A stretch of 63,699 nt of DNA, the filler included, from Octopus bimaculoides (lineage: Eukaryota): the NCBI RefSeq assembly GCF_001194135.2. It is 9 parts of 7 records of this genome, joined end to end, with 100 filler letters (N's around TTAATTAATTAA, not from the genome) between each part and the next. Parts side by side here need not be neighbours in the genome. Positions count along the whole stretch, not along the records: positions 37,621 to 39,679 come from NC_069005.1; positions 39,780 to 45,338 come from NC_068997.1; positions 45,439 to 53,110 come from NC_068995.1; 6 more parts are not named here. One strand, 5' to 3'. The notes under the pieces are model-generated. The model was not told the DNA's origin. It did not search any database and saw only the letters and a list, made by a program, of their open reading frames with translations. Of the stretch, positions 39,152 through 52,870 are shown in pieces. Both the position numbers and the translations under genes were made by a program. How positions within the stretch are numbered: the stretch's first letter is position 1; each line of letters opens with the position of its first letter.

Positions 39152-42100
39152 ATTGGTTCATACATAATTAAAAGATATATACATGTACTATATTTATTAT
39201 AATCTATACACATTTATGCTACATACATAGACATATATATGTGCATATATCTATTTGTACATTATATATATACACACACACATATATATACACACACACG
39301 CACATGTATGTATATATGGCAGCCTGCATTCAATGCAGTCGTTCAATAAAGTCAATTAAATGTATGAAAGCGACTAAATTATAGGTCACTTTGTCAAACA
39401 AGCTGTCATTGACCAGGGGTTGTTGGGAGGTGACGATGGTGGCGTTCCTGAAGGTGGTGGGTGGCAGTGGTAGTAGAACTGGCAATAGAAGTAACAGTGT
39501 TAGTAGTTGTTGTTGTTATGGTGGTGGTGGTGGTGGTGGTTGTGGTGGTGGCTGTTATTTGGTTGGTTGCTCAGTCGGACATTTGGGCTGTCTGTCTGTT
39601 AGTCTGTCCTGTCTGTCTGTCCAGTGAATGGACATGTGTATTTGTATTTGGAACTATGTGGTGGTGGTGGTGGTGGTGGNNNNNNNNNNNNNNNNNNNNN
39701 NNNNNNNNNNNNNNNNNNNNNNNTTAATTAATTAANNNNNNNNNNNNNNNNNNNNNNNNNNNNNNNNNNNNNNNNNNNNATATATATATATATATATATA
39801 TATAGTTCAAATTTCAGAAAACAAAAGATGAAGTCAGGTGTAGGAAGAACAAGCAGGTGTATTAGTTTATATATATATATATAAGCATTAACTAGCTAGT
39901 CATGTATGTATATTTAAGCATATGTTTGTGTTTACGTTTGTTTGTATTCCATTGGCATAGCAACTTAGTCAACTAGAGTATATGTGTCTATGTAATTCAT
40001 ATTCATATGTAAGTATACATGTGATGTTTTATTATAAACATCCTCAGAACACACTGTTTTAACCCACAAACAAGAATCTTTCATTGGAATTTAGTCATCA
40101 ATTATTTAGTCATGTGTGTATGGTGTATATGTGCGCATGTTTCAGCATGTATATGTGTTTAATGACTTAAATATGTCCGTGTGATGCATATATGAATATA
40201 TGTAAGAATATCTGCATTGTCTATCTTTTGTATTTATTTATATTCTTCCAATACGGAACAAACTGCTTTTTAACAAATAATAAAAGCTCTGTCGCTGGAA
40301 TTTGAATAACAAATGCCAGATCGTATTTTTATTTTTTCCCTTCTAGGCTGTATTTGTAACAAGTGTGTTAGCTTTTTGAAACGTTTAGTAGCTTAGCATG
40401 TGAATCTAAAAGCTGATACATAAGCTGGGAGTTGTCCGTAAATATTCATTTTTTCACTGATTTTGAAGAATATTTACAGATGTGGGTCATTTCACCGTAC
40501 ATGATTTTTCTGTTCCTCCCAAACAACTTTATTAGGCATTATTCGTAAGACGGAAGTTTGATGAAAGGCTCCTCTACATTCTTTGTATTGACATGCATGT
40601 TTGCATTCAGTTTCATTCATGTTTGCACTCAGCTTGCATTCAGTTTCAAACTTTATTTATGACAGAGTAACCTTTCAAAAAGATGGCATTGTATATTTTT
40701 TAGTAACACCATGGACACAATCGGAAGTAGTGCCTTCAAAAAACAGTTTGAGAATGCTAATTGTAACATGTGTAATATATTCCATAGAAAAATGACATCA
40801 GAGACATTTTCAGTTGCACCTTGGAGCTTTAATGGATTGGTCTCTTTTGTTCGTTAGATGCTTAAAATGACCTGGATTTGCAAAAGTATAAAAATATGAT
40901 CTTCGATATGTGACGCGATATAAAAATCGATATGAATAATAACGTCATCCATAAGATTACAGAAAACGCCTGAAGGATAGTTTTTTGTGATACAGTATTT
41001 GTTTTGTGTGTCCTGGGATCTTCAGTTCAAGCAGAAATAGCCGTTAATTTCAAGAAAAAAGTTTACATAACACATGCATAGTTTCAGGAGTAACGACAAG
41101 GAAAACTCCACCTCTCAAAACCCCTTCATCCGTGACAAACGAGGCTATCTCCCCAGAATCTGATGGAGCGTCCTTGAAAGAGCTTCTTACTGGTCTAGCG
41201 TGTTTCTCTGCAACCTTTTCTTTTATGCAGAAATGCATATACGAGTGCATCATAGTGCAACAACCTGCAGTATCCATCACCAGAAAAACGGATCTATCCT
41301 ATTGATGTCGACAAAGATACACGCTAAAGACCTTCAAAATAATTGACCACTGATTATTCATAAAACCAGCTTTAACATGATCGGTTCTCGCACGTTTGCT
41401 GGCTATACAGTCACTGCCCGCAATGAAATTATTTCTTCTTCCGCGGAATCTTAATATCACGTTGCAGCTATGCTTGACCCACAAAGTAATATCTAACCAA
41501 GCTACACCAAACAGCTCGCCACGTAGTAAATGTCTTCGCTGAAATGGCGAATATACTGACCCCCAACTATCTGATTCCAGTATTCGATTTGCTAAACCAC
41601 GTGGAGTATATGATGAAAAGCTTAATGTCGTTATCAAGTGAAAGAATACGCACGTCTTGAACTGACCAATGGAAGCTTAAATGCCCTTATCTAGAGGCCA
41701 AATTAAACGTTCTTTTAAATATTTTAAAATATTCTTCTTTCTGACTCTGTAAGTGTAAAAATGTTGACGCGTTCTGCATCCACGAATCTTTAAAGTAATG
41801 TAAATGCACATACACGCATACACACATAAGTGCATATATACAAGCATTCTTTATCCATCATATGTATGTATGTATATATATATATATGTTAGTAGAGTTA
41901 GATGTTGGAATAACCGTCTAAGGGATGATAAATATCTGTTTTACTACCGGTATAATTACCTATGTTAACCCTGGGCATGCATATACAAGCATATTGTGCT
42001 CATAGGTTACAGGCAATGGCAAAGATAATCATGAGTTTATCAGGAATTAAACTAAAAGTAAACGGAAAATGGAGAAATATTGATCAACAACAATTGACTA

Positions 42101-42213
42101 ACGTCGATTATTACTTTTTAATACAAATAGACTTTATCCCATCTAACAGCTGTTTCTGCTTCCAATGTTCTACAGTATTGCCGTTGAAAATTCGGAGAAT
42201 AATATGCATCATA

Positions 42214-42455
42214 CATTATTTACATTATTTAAATTTGACGGATATTTGTCCTCATCTTGTTTGTTGTTAACACAACGTTTCGGCTGATATACCCTCCAGT
42301 CTTCATCAGGTGTCTTGGGAAAATGTCGAACCTGGGTTCTCATTCCTAAGGTATTTTCGATGTTATTATTATTATTATTATGGTTAAAAGCGCTAGTTAC
42401 TAACCCCAAGATTCCGCGTTCGATTCCAGACAGTGACCTGAAAGTAATAATAATG

Positions 42456-42534
<79 letters not shown>

Positions 42535-42711
42535 CGACATCGGAAAATACCTTAGGAATGAGAACCCAGGTTCGAAATTTCTTCAGGACACTTGATGAAA
42601 GTTGGAGGGTATATCAGACGAAACGTTGTGTTAACAACAAACAAGATGAGAACAAATATCCATGAAATGTAAATAATGTACATAATTCCTCATCTCTTAA
42701 ATATTGAACTG
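42214..42711 (+). mobile_element. Family E element: tRNA-like head + (TAA)n + hammerhead tail, with an inverted 3'-truncated copy upstream
   Basis: 14-bp TSD taatatgcatcata (42200-42213, 42712-42725). Box B gttcgattcc near 42418-42427. Hammerheads at 42587-42632 (plus, C3U and a weak stem II) and 42269-42314 (minus, one stem II mismatch). Confidence 0.9.
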
Positions 42712-43084
42712 TAATATGCATCATATTTGGTAACACATCCGATCTGGAACATGGGGCTTCAATCAGAGTGAAGAAAAGTACATAAAAGGAATGAAAAGAA
42801 GAAGAGACTCGAGAAGAAGAGGAAAGGCTNNNNNNNNNNNNNNNNNNNNNNNNNNNNNNNNNNNNNNNNNNNNNNNNNNNNNNNNNNNNNNNNNNNNNNN
42901 NNNNNNNNNNNNNNNNNNNNNNNNNNNNNNNNNNNNNNNNNNNNNNNNNNNNNNNNNNNNNNNNNNNNNNNNNNNNNNNNNNNNNNNNNNNNNNNNNNNN
43001 NNNNNNNNNNNNNNNNNNNNNNNNNNNNNNNNNNNNNNNNNNNTAGAAAAAATGAATATGTAAAGAGAGCGTATAGCATGGAGT

Positions 43085-43784
43085 TTTATTTAAAATTCGA
43101 TATAGGCACCCGCTTCTCAAGCCGCCCGGAAACCGCATGAACTCATTTCATCAGGAACTCTTGTGGGATGGAGGACATAACTTTTCGTATTCTCCCTTCA
43201 AGTTCTTCGAAAGTCGTTGGTTTGGTAGAGTAGACTTGTTCTTTTAACCAACTCCGAAGAAAAAAGTCGCAAGGTATTAAACCAGGGCTTCTGGCCGGCC
43301 AATCCTGCGGATCTTGACGACCCATCCATCTCCCAGGGAAGTGGGCATTCAGCCATTCACGAACAACAATAGCATAATATAGAAGAATGCCATCAATATA
43401 TCTCGCAATCATGGTATTACAAAGGGTGAAAGTACTCACATTCCTGTTCGAAGTCATTCCACACCATACCGTTACTTTGGGCCGATTCTGTATTTTTTTC
43501 AGGGGTAATACTAGGATCTCCCCCTGACCAGTAGTGGCAGTTGTGATGGTTCACAAACCCACCGATATGAAATGCCGCTTCATCACTCCAGAGGATATTT
43601 TTAAAGAAATCAGATCATGTTTGTAGGGTTTCTAAATTTCAAACAGAATAATCGATCTGAAAAAGCAAAACAAAATAGAATCTATTACCATACATTAAAG
43701 AACATACACAACAAATTTGAGAAAAATATATAGTTAATAAATTATAAGTATTTTAAAATAGAGAGTTACTTTTTAAACATCCTG
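43085..43784 (-). mobile_element. Tc1/mariner superfamily DD41D (rosa-like) transposase remnant
   Basis: DGILLYYAIVVREWLNAHFPGRWMGRQDPQDWPARSPGLIPCDFFL has 41 residues between the two Asp residues. It continues WLKEQVYSTKPTTFEELEGRIR. A probable 5' TIR caggatgtttaaaaagtaactc ends at 43784. Confidence 0.85.
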
Positions 43785-45205
43785 TGTGTGTATATATAGA
43801 GGTTTCTTTTTCTTTTTTTAGTTAACTTTAACAACGTTTCTTTATCAAATTCGAAACAAAACTATCTTCTTACTCTCTTCCCAATAAACCTGCTTTATAT
43901 TCATTATCTATCAGCAGCGTTGGATTTTTGCAAACACTCATGTTCTTTTCTTTTAATATATACATTTTTAATGGCAATGTCTATCGCGAGAATATTGCAC
44001 TATGACCCTGAGATGGTTTATAACTTCTTTTTTTGTTGTTGTTTATCTACTATATTTCTAGACATGCTGAGTCATTAAACAAACATAAATACATTCATTA
44101 TTTTACTCATTATTTATCTTCTAAATTTAATGAGAATTTTATTTTATGTTTCAGTTTTCAGGTCAACGTTATTTCAAGATATTTTTCCTATTCTTTTCTT
44201 GGACGCCTATATAGTTTCTATGAAAACTTTTTAGATATCATAGTTACACAAAAACAGACTTGAAATGAGTAAGAATATATAACTAGAAGTTAAAAATAAA
44301 AAAGAGATTTCACTTTATATGATCATAGTTTGAACTTAAGGAACATCGTGAATCTATTTTTGTTTTAATTTATTTTGATTGAAACTGCAGAAATTTGTTT
44401 AAGGTTTTGCTTCTGGAGTACCGTGATTAGTACTGAAACATCTGGTAACTTCAACAACTGTGCTTATGATGAGAAAAACAAATGCAAAAGTGTAATTAGC
44501 GTTAAACAAAATATGTATCAGGTGCTTTTCGAAAATTCCTTGTTTGGTAATTTTTGATGAGATGAGCGTTTGTCAGACAACTAATTTCTACTACTATGTT
44601 TTTTTCTCCTTGCTTTCTTCCTGAGTGTTGCATTATGAGGCCAATTGTGTTTGCATTGCTTGAACATTTTAGTTACATTCCACAAGTTTCTCTAATGTCC
44701 AAAAGTATCATATAATCATTGTATCCTGTACCCACTGTATTGCTATTTTCTTTGTGTACTCGCTAATATTGATGTCAGATTTTGGCACAGAGCCAGCAAC
44801 TTCGGCGGAGGGAGTAAGTCACTTATACCGACCTCAGTGCTCAACTGGTACTTTATCTATCGACTCCGAAATGATGAAAGGCAAAGTCGACCTCAGCGGA
44901 ATTGGACCTCAGAACTTAAGGATGGACAAAATGCCGCAAAGCATTATCCCCGGCGTGCTGGTGTCGATTCATTCGACCAATAAAAGAAACTGGTCAGGCA
45001 TTCAGCGATCCAAGAATCGGGCATCATATCATATGCCTTTTTATTGCAAAAACACTACCATCTTCTCTAATTGGACATACAAACGAACATCTCTAGAAAA
45101 CTTAAAAGCTTTAATATCTACAATTTTGTGTGAAAATTTTATCTTTCTTTTCTCCCTGACTACCCGAATATGTAAATATGCGTTTTATTGCAACACAATT
45201 CAATG

Positions 45206-45240
<35 letters not shown>

Positions 45241-45242
<2 letters not shown>

Positions 45243-45338
45243 GTTCAGTAGTTTTATTTTTATAACGTGCTTTCACTTCACTACCGAGCGCAGCTCTGTG
45301 CGCCTTGGGTATGTGCTGTGGTTTGCTGTGGTGCTCTT
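45241..45338 (-). mobile_element. 3' UTR of an R4/Dong-like LINE abutting (TAA)n
   Basis: Nearly identical to 52871-52968 and sits directly on an (ATT)n tract. Confidence 0.75.
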
Positions 45339-45548
45339 NNNNNNNNNNNNNNNNNNNNNNNNNNNNNNNNNNNNNNNNNNNNTTAATTAATTAANNNNNN
45401 NNNNNNNNNNNNNNNNNNNNNNNNNNNNNNNNNNNNNNGTCTCTGCATTTCTAATGAATAATACATAGTCTATTGACTGTTTTTACTCTCGCTAGGCCAC
45501 TGGTGGTAAATAAAATTTCTAAAATTTTCTTTGCCACCCTATAATTTA

Positions 45549-45579
<31 letters not shown>

Positions 45580-46124
45580 CATACATGTAAATGCATATTC
45601 ATATATATATACATACATAAAAATATGCCTATGACTTATTTTCAAGTGTTTTTAACACTTGTCGCTTTATTACCTTACGCCTATAACGCAGCCGATCCAA
45701 GAACTTATAACATACAGACCATGTGTTTGTGTTTTCGGTTATGTTTATATACCTGAACCGCTTCTAATTAATATTTGAATTTTTTCCGTGGCACGAAATG
45801 TCGGAATATGCCAGTAGATGGTCTTCAAAGAATTTAGCATATAATCATAGTCGGCAATCTTGCTTGCAGCACGCCTTCTTCGATACGCGGCATTGAAAAA
45901 TTCACAGCAATGGCGAAACATCGATGTCTGTCACTCTGGAAAATTACTTAGTGAACGTTGTTTCGCATGACTATGACTTACTTTCATGTGTTTTTAACAC
46001 CAGGTGCTTTGAGAATATATTCTCTTACGGGTGAAACGCAGCCGTCCTACGAACTAACAACACGCACCTTGTGTACATGTATTCGATTTTGTTTATATAT
46101 ATCTCGAGCTGACTATAATTCATA

Positions 46125-46170
<46 letters not shown>

Positions 46171-46479
46171 GGGAGAGAGAGGGGAGGTGAGAGAGTGAGA
46201 GAGAGAGATGGGTTATTTTTCATCATTTACAAGTTTCAATCTGCAGACAGTAGTGCTGGGACACAGCCATGAAGAATTTTAGTCGAACGAATCGACCCTA
46301 TACTTCTTATTTCTAAGTTTGGTACATATTCTCTAATTTTTTTTTTTCTTTTAGCTGAACGGCATGGTTAATTTACATGGACTGTAAACAAACCAACGTC
46401 GCTTGTCAATAGTTGATGGAAGACACAAAAACACACACATGCATACACACATATACGTACATACACACACACATATACG

Positions 46480-46520
<41 letters not shown>

Positions 46521-46613
46521 GTATATATATATGGATCAACACAGTTTGACTCAAATTCGTGAGTTCTCCTCAGTTTCAAGCGTGATGCTAGTCGTCAGCC
46601 ATTTTGAATTTGA

Positions 46614-46667
<54 letters not shown>

Positions 46668-47629
46668 TTATACTTAGCTGTAAGTAAGCAAAAAGCACAC
46701 ACACACACACTGCATCTATATCAAAGAATGTAATAATAATTAGAAAATATGCATACACATACAATCGTATTTACATAAACACACTCTCTTCAACACATAC
46801 ATGCAAGAAAACATATCAACTCTCAACATAACTGGCATAAGAGAAATATTGATGTCAATACCATAGCATTACCATAACAAAGAGGACAAAAAGTTTGTTG
46901 CTTAAAGCATTCTAAACAAATTTATTGGCGTAAGTACAAATGAAATACGAACTATTTGTCAAAATCGGGCTGCTAGTCTTCATTCTCCAAAAACGTATCG
47001 CTATATAGCGACGCTCATCATGGAAAGAATTATAATGATGCAGTTAGTTACAATGAAACAATAGCAAATTATGAAGAAACATAATTTGAAAAACCCGAGG
47101 ATAATTTCCTTGATTGGTTTCATTCTGGAAACATCTAGAATAAATAGGTTCCATTTAACAATAGAATATTGGTGTACATTTTGTTTTTCACGAGATCAGT
47201 TTGGATAGCGATTTACACAATGGCACATTTTAAGATGCAAATGGAAAGGAGACAACAAAAATAAAATATTCACTCGACATAAAAGTTGTCTACTTCCCCA
47301 AAGTTGATGAATGTTTGATATTTTTGGTTATATTTAATTATTTATAGGTTTTTGTTATTTCGAAATCACTTAGTAAATGTATCACTTGTTACTTTTATAT
47401 ATTTTTATATTGTTGAGAGTTGATGTGTTCTTGCATGTTTGTGTTGAAGAAAATGTTTGTGTTTATGTACATACGTGTGTATGTGTATGCATATTTTCTA
47501 ATTATTATTACATTCTTTGATATGGATGCAATGGGGGGGGGCCTTTTTGCTTACTTAACTGTTCTTAAAAATGTTTGCGATTGAAATTCTTCTTTTCGTG
47601 TCCTTTTAACTATCAGCGTATTCATTGTC

Positions 47630-47862
47630 CCTCTCTTCCTCGTCCCCCTCCACCTCGTCATCATCATCACTAATATCATCATCATCATCATCATCATCGT
47701 CATCGTCCTCTCCTCTTCATCTTCCTCGTCATCATCACCATCATCATGATCGTCTACATCATCATCATCCTCATCATCATCTTCATCGCCATCACCACTA
47801 CCGCCAACACCAACACACCATCACCACCACCGCTATCAGCACCTACTCCACCAGCACCGCCA

Positions 47863-47893
<31 letters not shown>

Positions 47894-48112
47894 CTACAGC
47901 AACAGCAATACTACCAGTAGCATCTATATGTCATCATTTTTACCATTATTATTATTATTGTTCATGATAATAATGTAGAGTTTGCTTTGTTATTAAGCAT
48001 TGGCGTAAAATCTAATACTATTTTGTTGCTTTCCTCTTCCAATTATTATTATGTATTATTATAGTGACAGGGTGTTTTGCTCATTTTTCTTGATAATGTG
48101 CCATACCCTTCA

Positions 48113-48165
<53 letters not shown>

Positions 48166-48205
48166 TTACTACTACTACTACTATGACCACTGCTACCACC
48201 ACCGT

Positions 48206-48243
<38 letters not shown>

Positions 48244-48303
48244 ATATATCCGCTGCTATTATTATTAATGATATTGTGCCAATAAAAGAAAACACTATAT
48301 AAC

Positions 48304-48355
<52 letters not shown>

Positions 48356-48360
48356 TTATG
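47630..48360. repeat. (CAT)n/(CAC)n/(CTA)n/(TAA)n microsatellite blocks
   Basis: Directly visible. Confidence 0.9.
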
Positions 48361-48660
48361 ATCATATCTGTTGTTCTTTTCCTCCATCATCATTTCACTC
48401 ATTCCACCCCACCACCAGCACCACTACCATTTTTTCACAGTCTTCGTTTACTTCTAACTCCTCCATTCACCATCGATGACAACGTTGCAGCTTCAATTAG
48501 AATAGCTATTTTCATGAGACTCCACGACTTGCGGGAGAAATCTTCGCATTGCTATGATTATAAGTAACTCTAATAACATATCATTATAAAATAGTACAAC
48601 TTTCGCTCTAATTATTCTTCACGTGAAGTTAACGTCGCCTGTATACCTGCCTACCTACCT

Positions 48661-48737
<77 letters not shown>

Positions 48738-49532
48738 GTATATATATACTCACACATGTATAAGTATATGCAATATATATACACATGTATATATAAAAAG
48801 AGAGTAAAAGAGTATGTGTGTATGTATTCTTTGTGTGTCTGTGCGTGTGTATGTGTGCATGTGTGTGTGAATACATGCGAATATCTGTGTCAGTGTATGT
48901 TTATGCGTTTGTTTATGATTTCAGAAATGTGAATCTGTTTCTGTTTATATATATATGCGTATATGTGTATAAGCAAGTAACGGTACGTAAAAACGTACCT
49001 TTATTTGCTTATTATATCTACTTTCCTTTTGCTTGTTGTACATTCACTATCAAACCTGAATTCAATTGTGTGAAAGCGTATATCTTATGAAATTTCCTGT
49101 CAGAACCATATTGGCTAATTATGGAAAGTCATAGTGTGTTATGTGTGTGTGTGAATGAGAGAGATATTGGGAGAGAGTGCCTGCGCTTATGCTTTATATA
49201 CGTGTTTGCTATAATGACTGACGTAATAACAGCATAATAAATTCAGGAATTCTATATAACAATAATGGATAAGGAAGCAAAGTAGTATCTCTATTAAGAG
49301 ATAGTTATAGCTCTACATCATTATATGCTTAAGTTGATATCAAACTACAGATTGTTTATATTCATACACAGAGGCGTATATGTGTATGAATATATTTTGA
49401 GGACATGGTGTAATGTAATAAAACTAGAAACTAACCTGATGTATATTTCTCCAGAAAACAAAGGAGGATCTGCAGAATAAACATTTTGATAAACTTTAAA
49501 AACAAATTAAACTATGTAAATTTATAAATTCG

Positions 49533-49594
<62 letters not shown>

Positions 49595-49879
49595 TCACCC
49601 ACTCACTCACTCACTCACTCATTAACTCACTCACTCACTCACTCGCACACACACAGACAGAGGCACACACACACCATCACAACACAGAATACCAGCACAC
49701 ACACGCACACAGGTATGTGCACATTTAGCAGTTCGTCAAGAATCGGTTGATATAAGAACTGCCATCTGAACTACCGGGGCGATTTGATCGAGCAAACTCC
49801 TAAAAGGTGTACTCCAGTTTGGTCCACATACTTTCTCACGTTGGTATTTTTCTTCTGCCATGGATTCGCATTGATTTAG

Positions 49880-50560
49880 AATGGTATCGGCTATCTCCAA
49901 TCCCATGTCATCCAATATATTGACGGTGACGAGTCAGCATGGAACGACACGGAACCCCTGGATCTCTATTCAAAATTGATGCCCCCTCCCGACAAGTGTT
50001 GCAACACCTGCATAATTGACTCAAGAGCCAGCACTTACAGAATCGTTGCAAATAGGAGCAGCCCTCTCGATCTAAGTATCGATGCAAAACTTTCGACTAA
50101 CATAAATTTATCAAAGCCCTATTGAAGCTAGAATTATTTTTCCAGCACTTCCTATGGTGTATCGTGTAATGTGGAAATAAGCGTAAATGAATCTGCTCAG
50201 AATTACACGTTTGCATCTCTTCGAGCTAACCTCAGTAGACGAACGCCGATTTTTTCTTTAGTGCTTTGGCCAAAATCTTAACTTTGTTTTAGTAGTTGAT
50301 GACCGATAATTGTTTACATTGACCGCTTTTTGGACGGTCTTTCTAAGCAATGTTACCAAAACTCGGTTTACACCAACATTATTCTCCTGATTTGTTGCCA
50401 GTTGCCGTATAAATCAGCCATGAACTCTGAATTAATAAGATAGACCATCCAAACCCAGCAACTTAAGCCTACACATCACCTCTCGCATTTCAGCAGTTGT
50501 TATCGGCTTTTCCCAAGATCTCACATGTTTTGTTGAGAAACACAGCAGGCTGTCGTGGTA
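49880..50560 (-). mobile_element. Decayed Tx1/L1-like LINE reverse transcriptase fragment
   Basis: Decayed motifs in order across frameshifts: EKPITTAEMREVM..LK..GLDGLSY, VTLLRK, NNYR, LKILAKAL, ALINL. This fits the L1/Tx1 RT N-terminal region. Confidence 0.7.
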
Positions 50561-52154
50561 GGAACAGTCAATCAAAATGCTACTAGAAAGCCTCATTCAT
50601 CCGCTAGGAACCAATTTATGCACGGCCATCCACATCTGTCGAAGATGTGATCGCCGCTTTGTGGACGCATTACGCTTCCGCTACTGGGCTCTATCGGATA
50701 GCTTTTCTTCACTTATGTTTTAATGCATGGTTACTCAGCTCAAACAACTATTCAGCTTTTCAATTCATTATGTAGGAAACGTTTGCTTCTAAGCTGACCC
50801 CATTTATAAACACGAATCTGAAATCAAGTCGGAGAAAAAAACATGGGAGGAATTTTGGTGCGGCTTCTTCATTGGTTAAGCGAGAAGTTTTGCCAAGAAT
50901 TTATATTATAAGTTTTTCGTACAATATACATTTCCTTTTAACTGTATATCAGTCTGTATTTATAATTCGGTTAAGCTTCGGGGCGAACTTTCAGTTTTTC
51001 TCCCATTAATGGTAATGCTTTTGTAATTTATTATCTGCTCCATCTATTTATATGTTGCTCTCTCGATTCTTTGTTGTTGCTTTTCATCGTATGACTACTT
51101 CTCTGTTTATATCTTTTCCGGTGATTGTGGTAGGAGTTGTATTTGAAATTTTCGCTTACATTGTTGTTGTTTTTCTTCTCTTTTATCTAGTCGTTGGCAT
51201 TGAGATTTCGGTGGATTTGTAGGTTTCTTGTACCATTTCCGAGCATCTACCGTCCGTTTGGATAAATTTGCTCGCATATTTTGAAGGCCAGCTTCTTCCA
51301 ACTTCGTATTCCCTCAGCCACAAATGTCTTTAGCTTTATTTCATGCCTCATGATCGTCGTTTGATAAAATCTCACGAGGAGAGGAGAGGTAAGGTGAGTC
51401 TTTGACTCTGCGTTTGTGTTTATCTAATGTGAAATGTTAATGGGAGATTTCGTTTTGTGGTAGGTTTGATATCACAAACTGCCATTGTTTTCGATGTGTC
51501 TGTTGTAGATTTTCTTTTTATTCTTGTTCTTGGTGAAGTTGTCTTAGTATAATTATATTTAGTTATTGACGCTGAAATTTTTCTTGTTTTATTTCTGTTG
51601 CAGATATGTTGATGTTCATTCCTTCAGATTTTATTGTAGTTATTGGTGTTGTTTTGGATATCCCGTTGATAAGATCGCAGAGGTTCTTTCCTCCTTATTC
51701 GCTTTGTTGTAATGGACAGAGAGCCTCCAGTTGCTTAGCACAGCCTCAAAAATGTCATCCCAGTCTGTTCTCTTTTACTTCAATATTCAGTTTTCTCCAG
51801 TTGGGAATTCTATGTGTAATACGTAATTTTGATTAAATTTATGTTTTCATTTGGATGATAATTTCCAACCCAATTCTCGTCACTTTTTTCCTGTCAGCAC
51901 TTCTTAATTTCTTAAGTGAATTGGTTTCCACCAGAATATTACATGCTATCATCTATCATATATCCAATTCAGACAGAAATTCTCACTCCTGGATGGATAT
52001 GTACGTCAGAGAGAAATCTAACTGTCACAAAGCCATATTCTGACTTGCGTAAAGAAGTTGATCTCACTCGAAATTCCTCCCAAGAAATGTTCTACTTAGT
52101 CGTGGACGGAAGTTTCCACTCGTCAGTTATTAACCGATTGTTGTTGTTCCCTTT

Positions 52155-52260
52155 GTTGGCACTCCGTCGCTTACGACGTCGAGGGTTCCAGTTGATCCGA
52201 TCAACGGAACAGCCTGCTCGTGAAACTAACGTGCAAGGGGCTGACACGTGTACCCTTAAC
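52155..52260. mobile_element. Short interspersed repeat fragment (ggcactccgtcg.ttacgacg.cgagggttccagttgatccgatcaacggaacagcc)
   Basis: GC-rich stretch that I recall as an abundant octopus repeat. Only one copy is present here, so this is recognition rather than in-window evidence. Confidence 0.45.
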
Positions 52261-52560
52261 CACTGGGCTATTGCGCCTCCACATTAACCGATATGCACCG
52301 GTATACAACACTTCTGTTTTTGTTTTTTCTTTTTTTTCCCAAAAGATCTCGTTGTGACAGCAGGAAGCCTTTACGTTCTCAAATCGATGAACTATGATCT
52401 TCTCACTTTGTTACGGAAATATGTATTTAATACTTTGAATGGCACCTACTTGTTTTCCTTCTAAAGATGCTGCCGGTGGATCTGCGTACCACGTGGACGG
52501 AGAAGAGGAATCAATTCTATCAGTACTGTTTTGATTTGTATTAGTTATGATCAGCAAAAT

Positions 52561-52811
52561 GTGGCGAGCTACCAGAAGCGTTAACACGCTGAACGAAGTC
52601 CTTATCAGCATTTCGTCCGACTTAACGCACTGAGTTCTAATTCCGTTGTGATCGACTTTGCCTTTCAACCTTTCGGGATGATAAAAATTAGTATGAAAGA
52701 AGGATGGAAAGCAAAGTCGAGCTCTGCGGAATTTGAAGTCAGAACGTAAAGACGGACGAAATGCCGCTAAGAATTTTGTCCGGAGTGTTAAAAATTCTTC
52801 CAGCTCGCCAC
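52561..52811. mobile_element. Tail-to-tail inverted pair of family A SINEs
   Basis: The plus copy starts gtggcgagct at 52561 and the minus copy ends cagctcgccac at 52811. Confidence 0.8.
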
Positions 52812-52870
52812 CCTAATAATAATTATTATTATTATAATTATAATAATAATAATTATTATTATTATTATTA

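Noticed and set aside
41050-41637. Two in-frame minus-strand ORFs (112 and 76 aa) separated by one TAG, and a plus-strand SNDKENSTSQNPFIRDKRGYLPRI* with a KR site after an AG
   Set aside because: No recognisable domain, no signal-peptide exon and no amidation signal. Compatible with chance.
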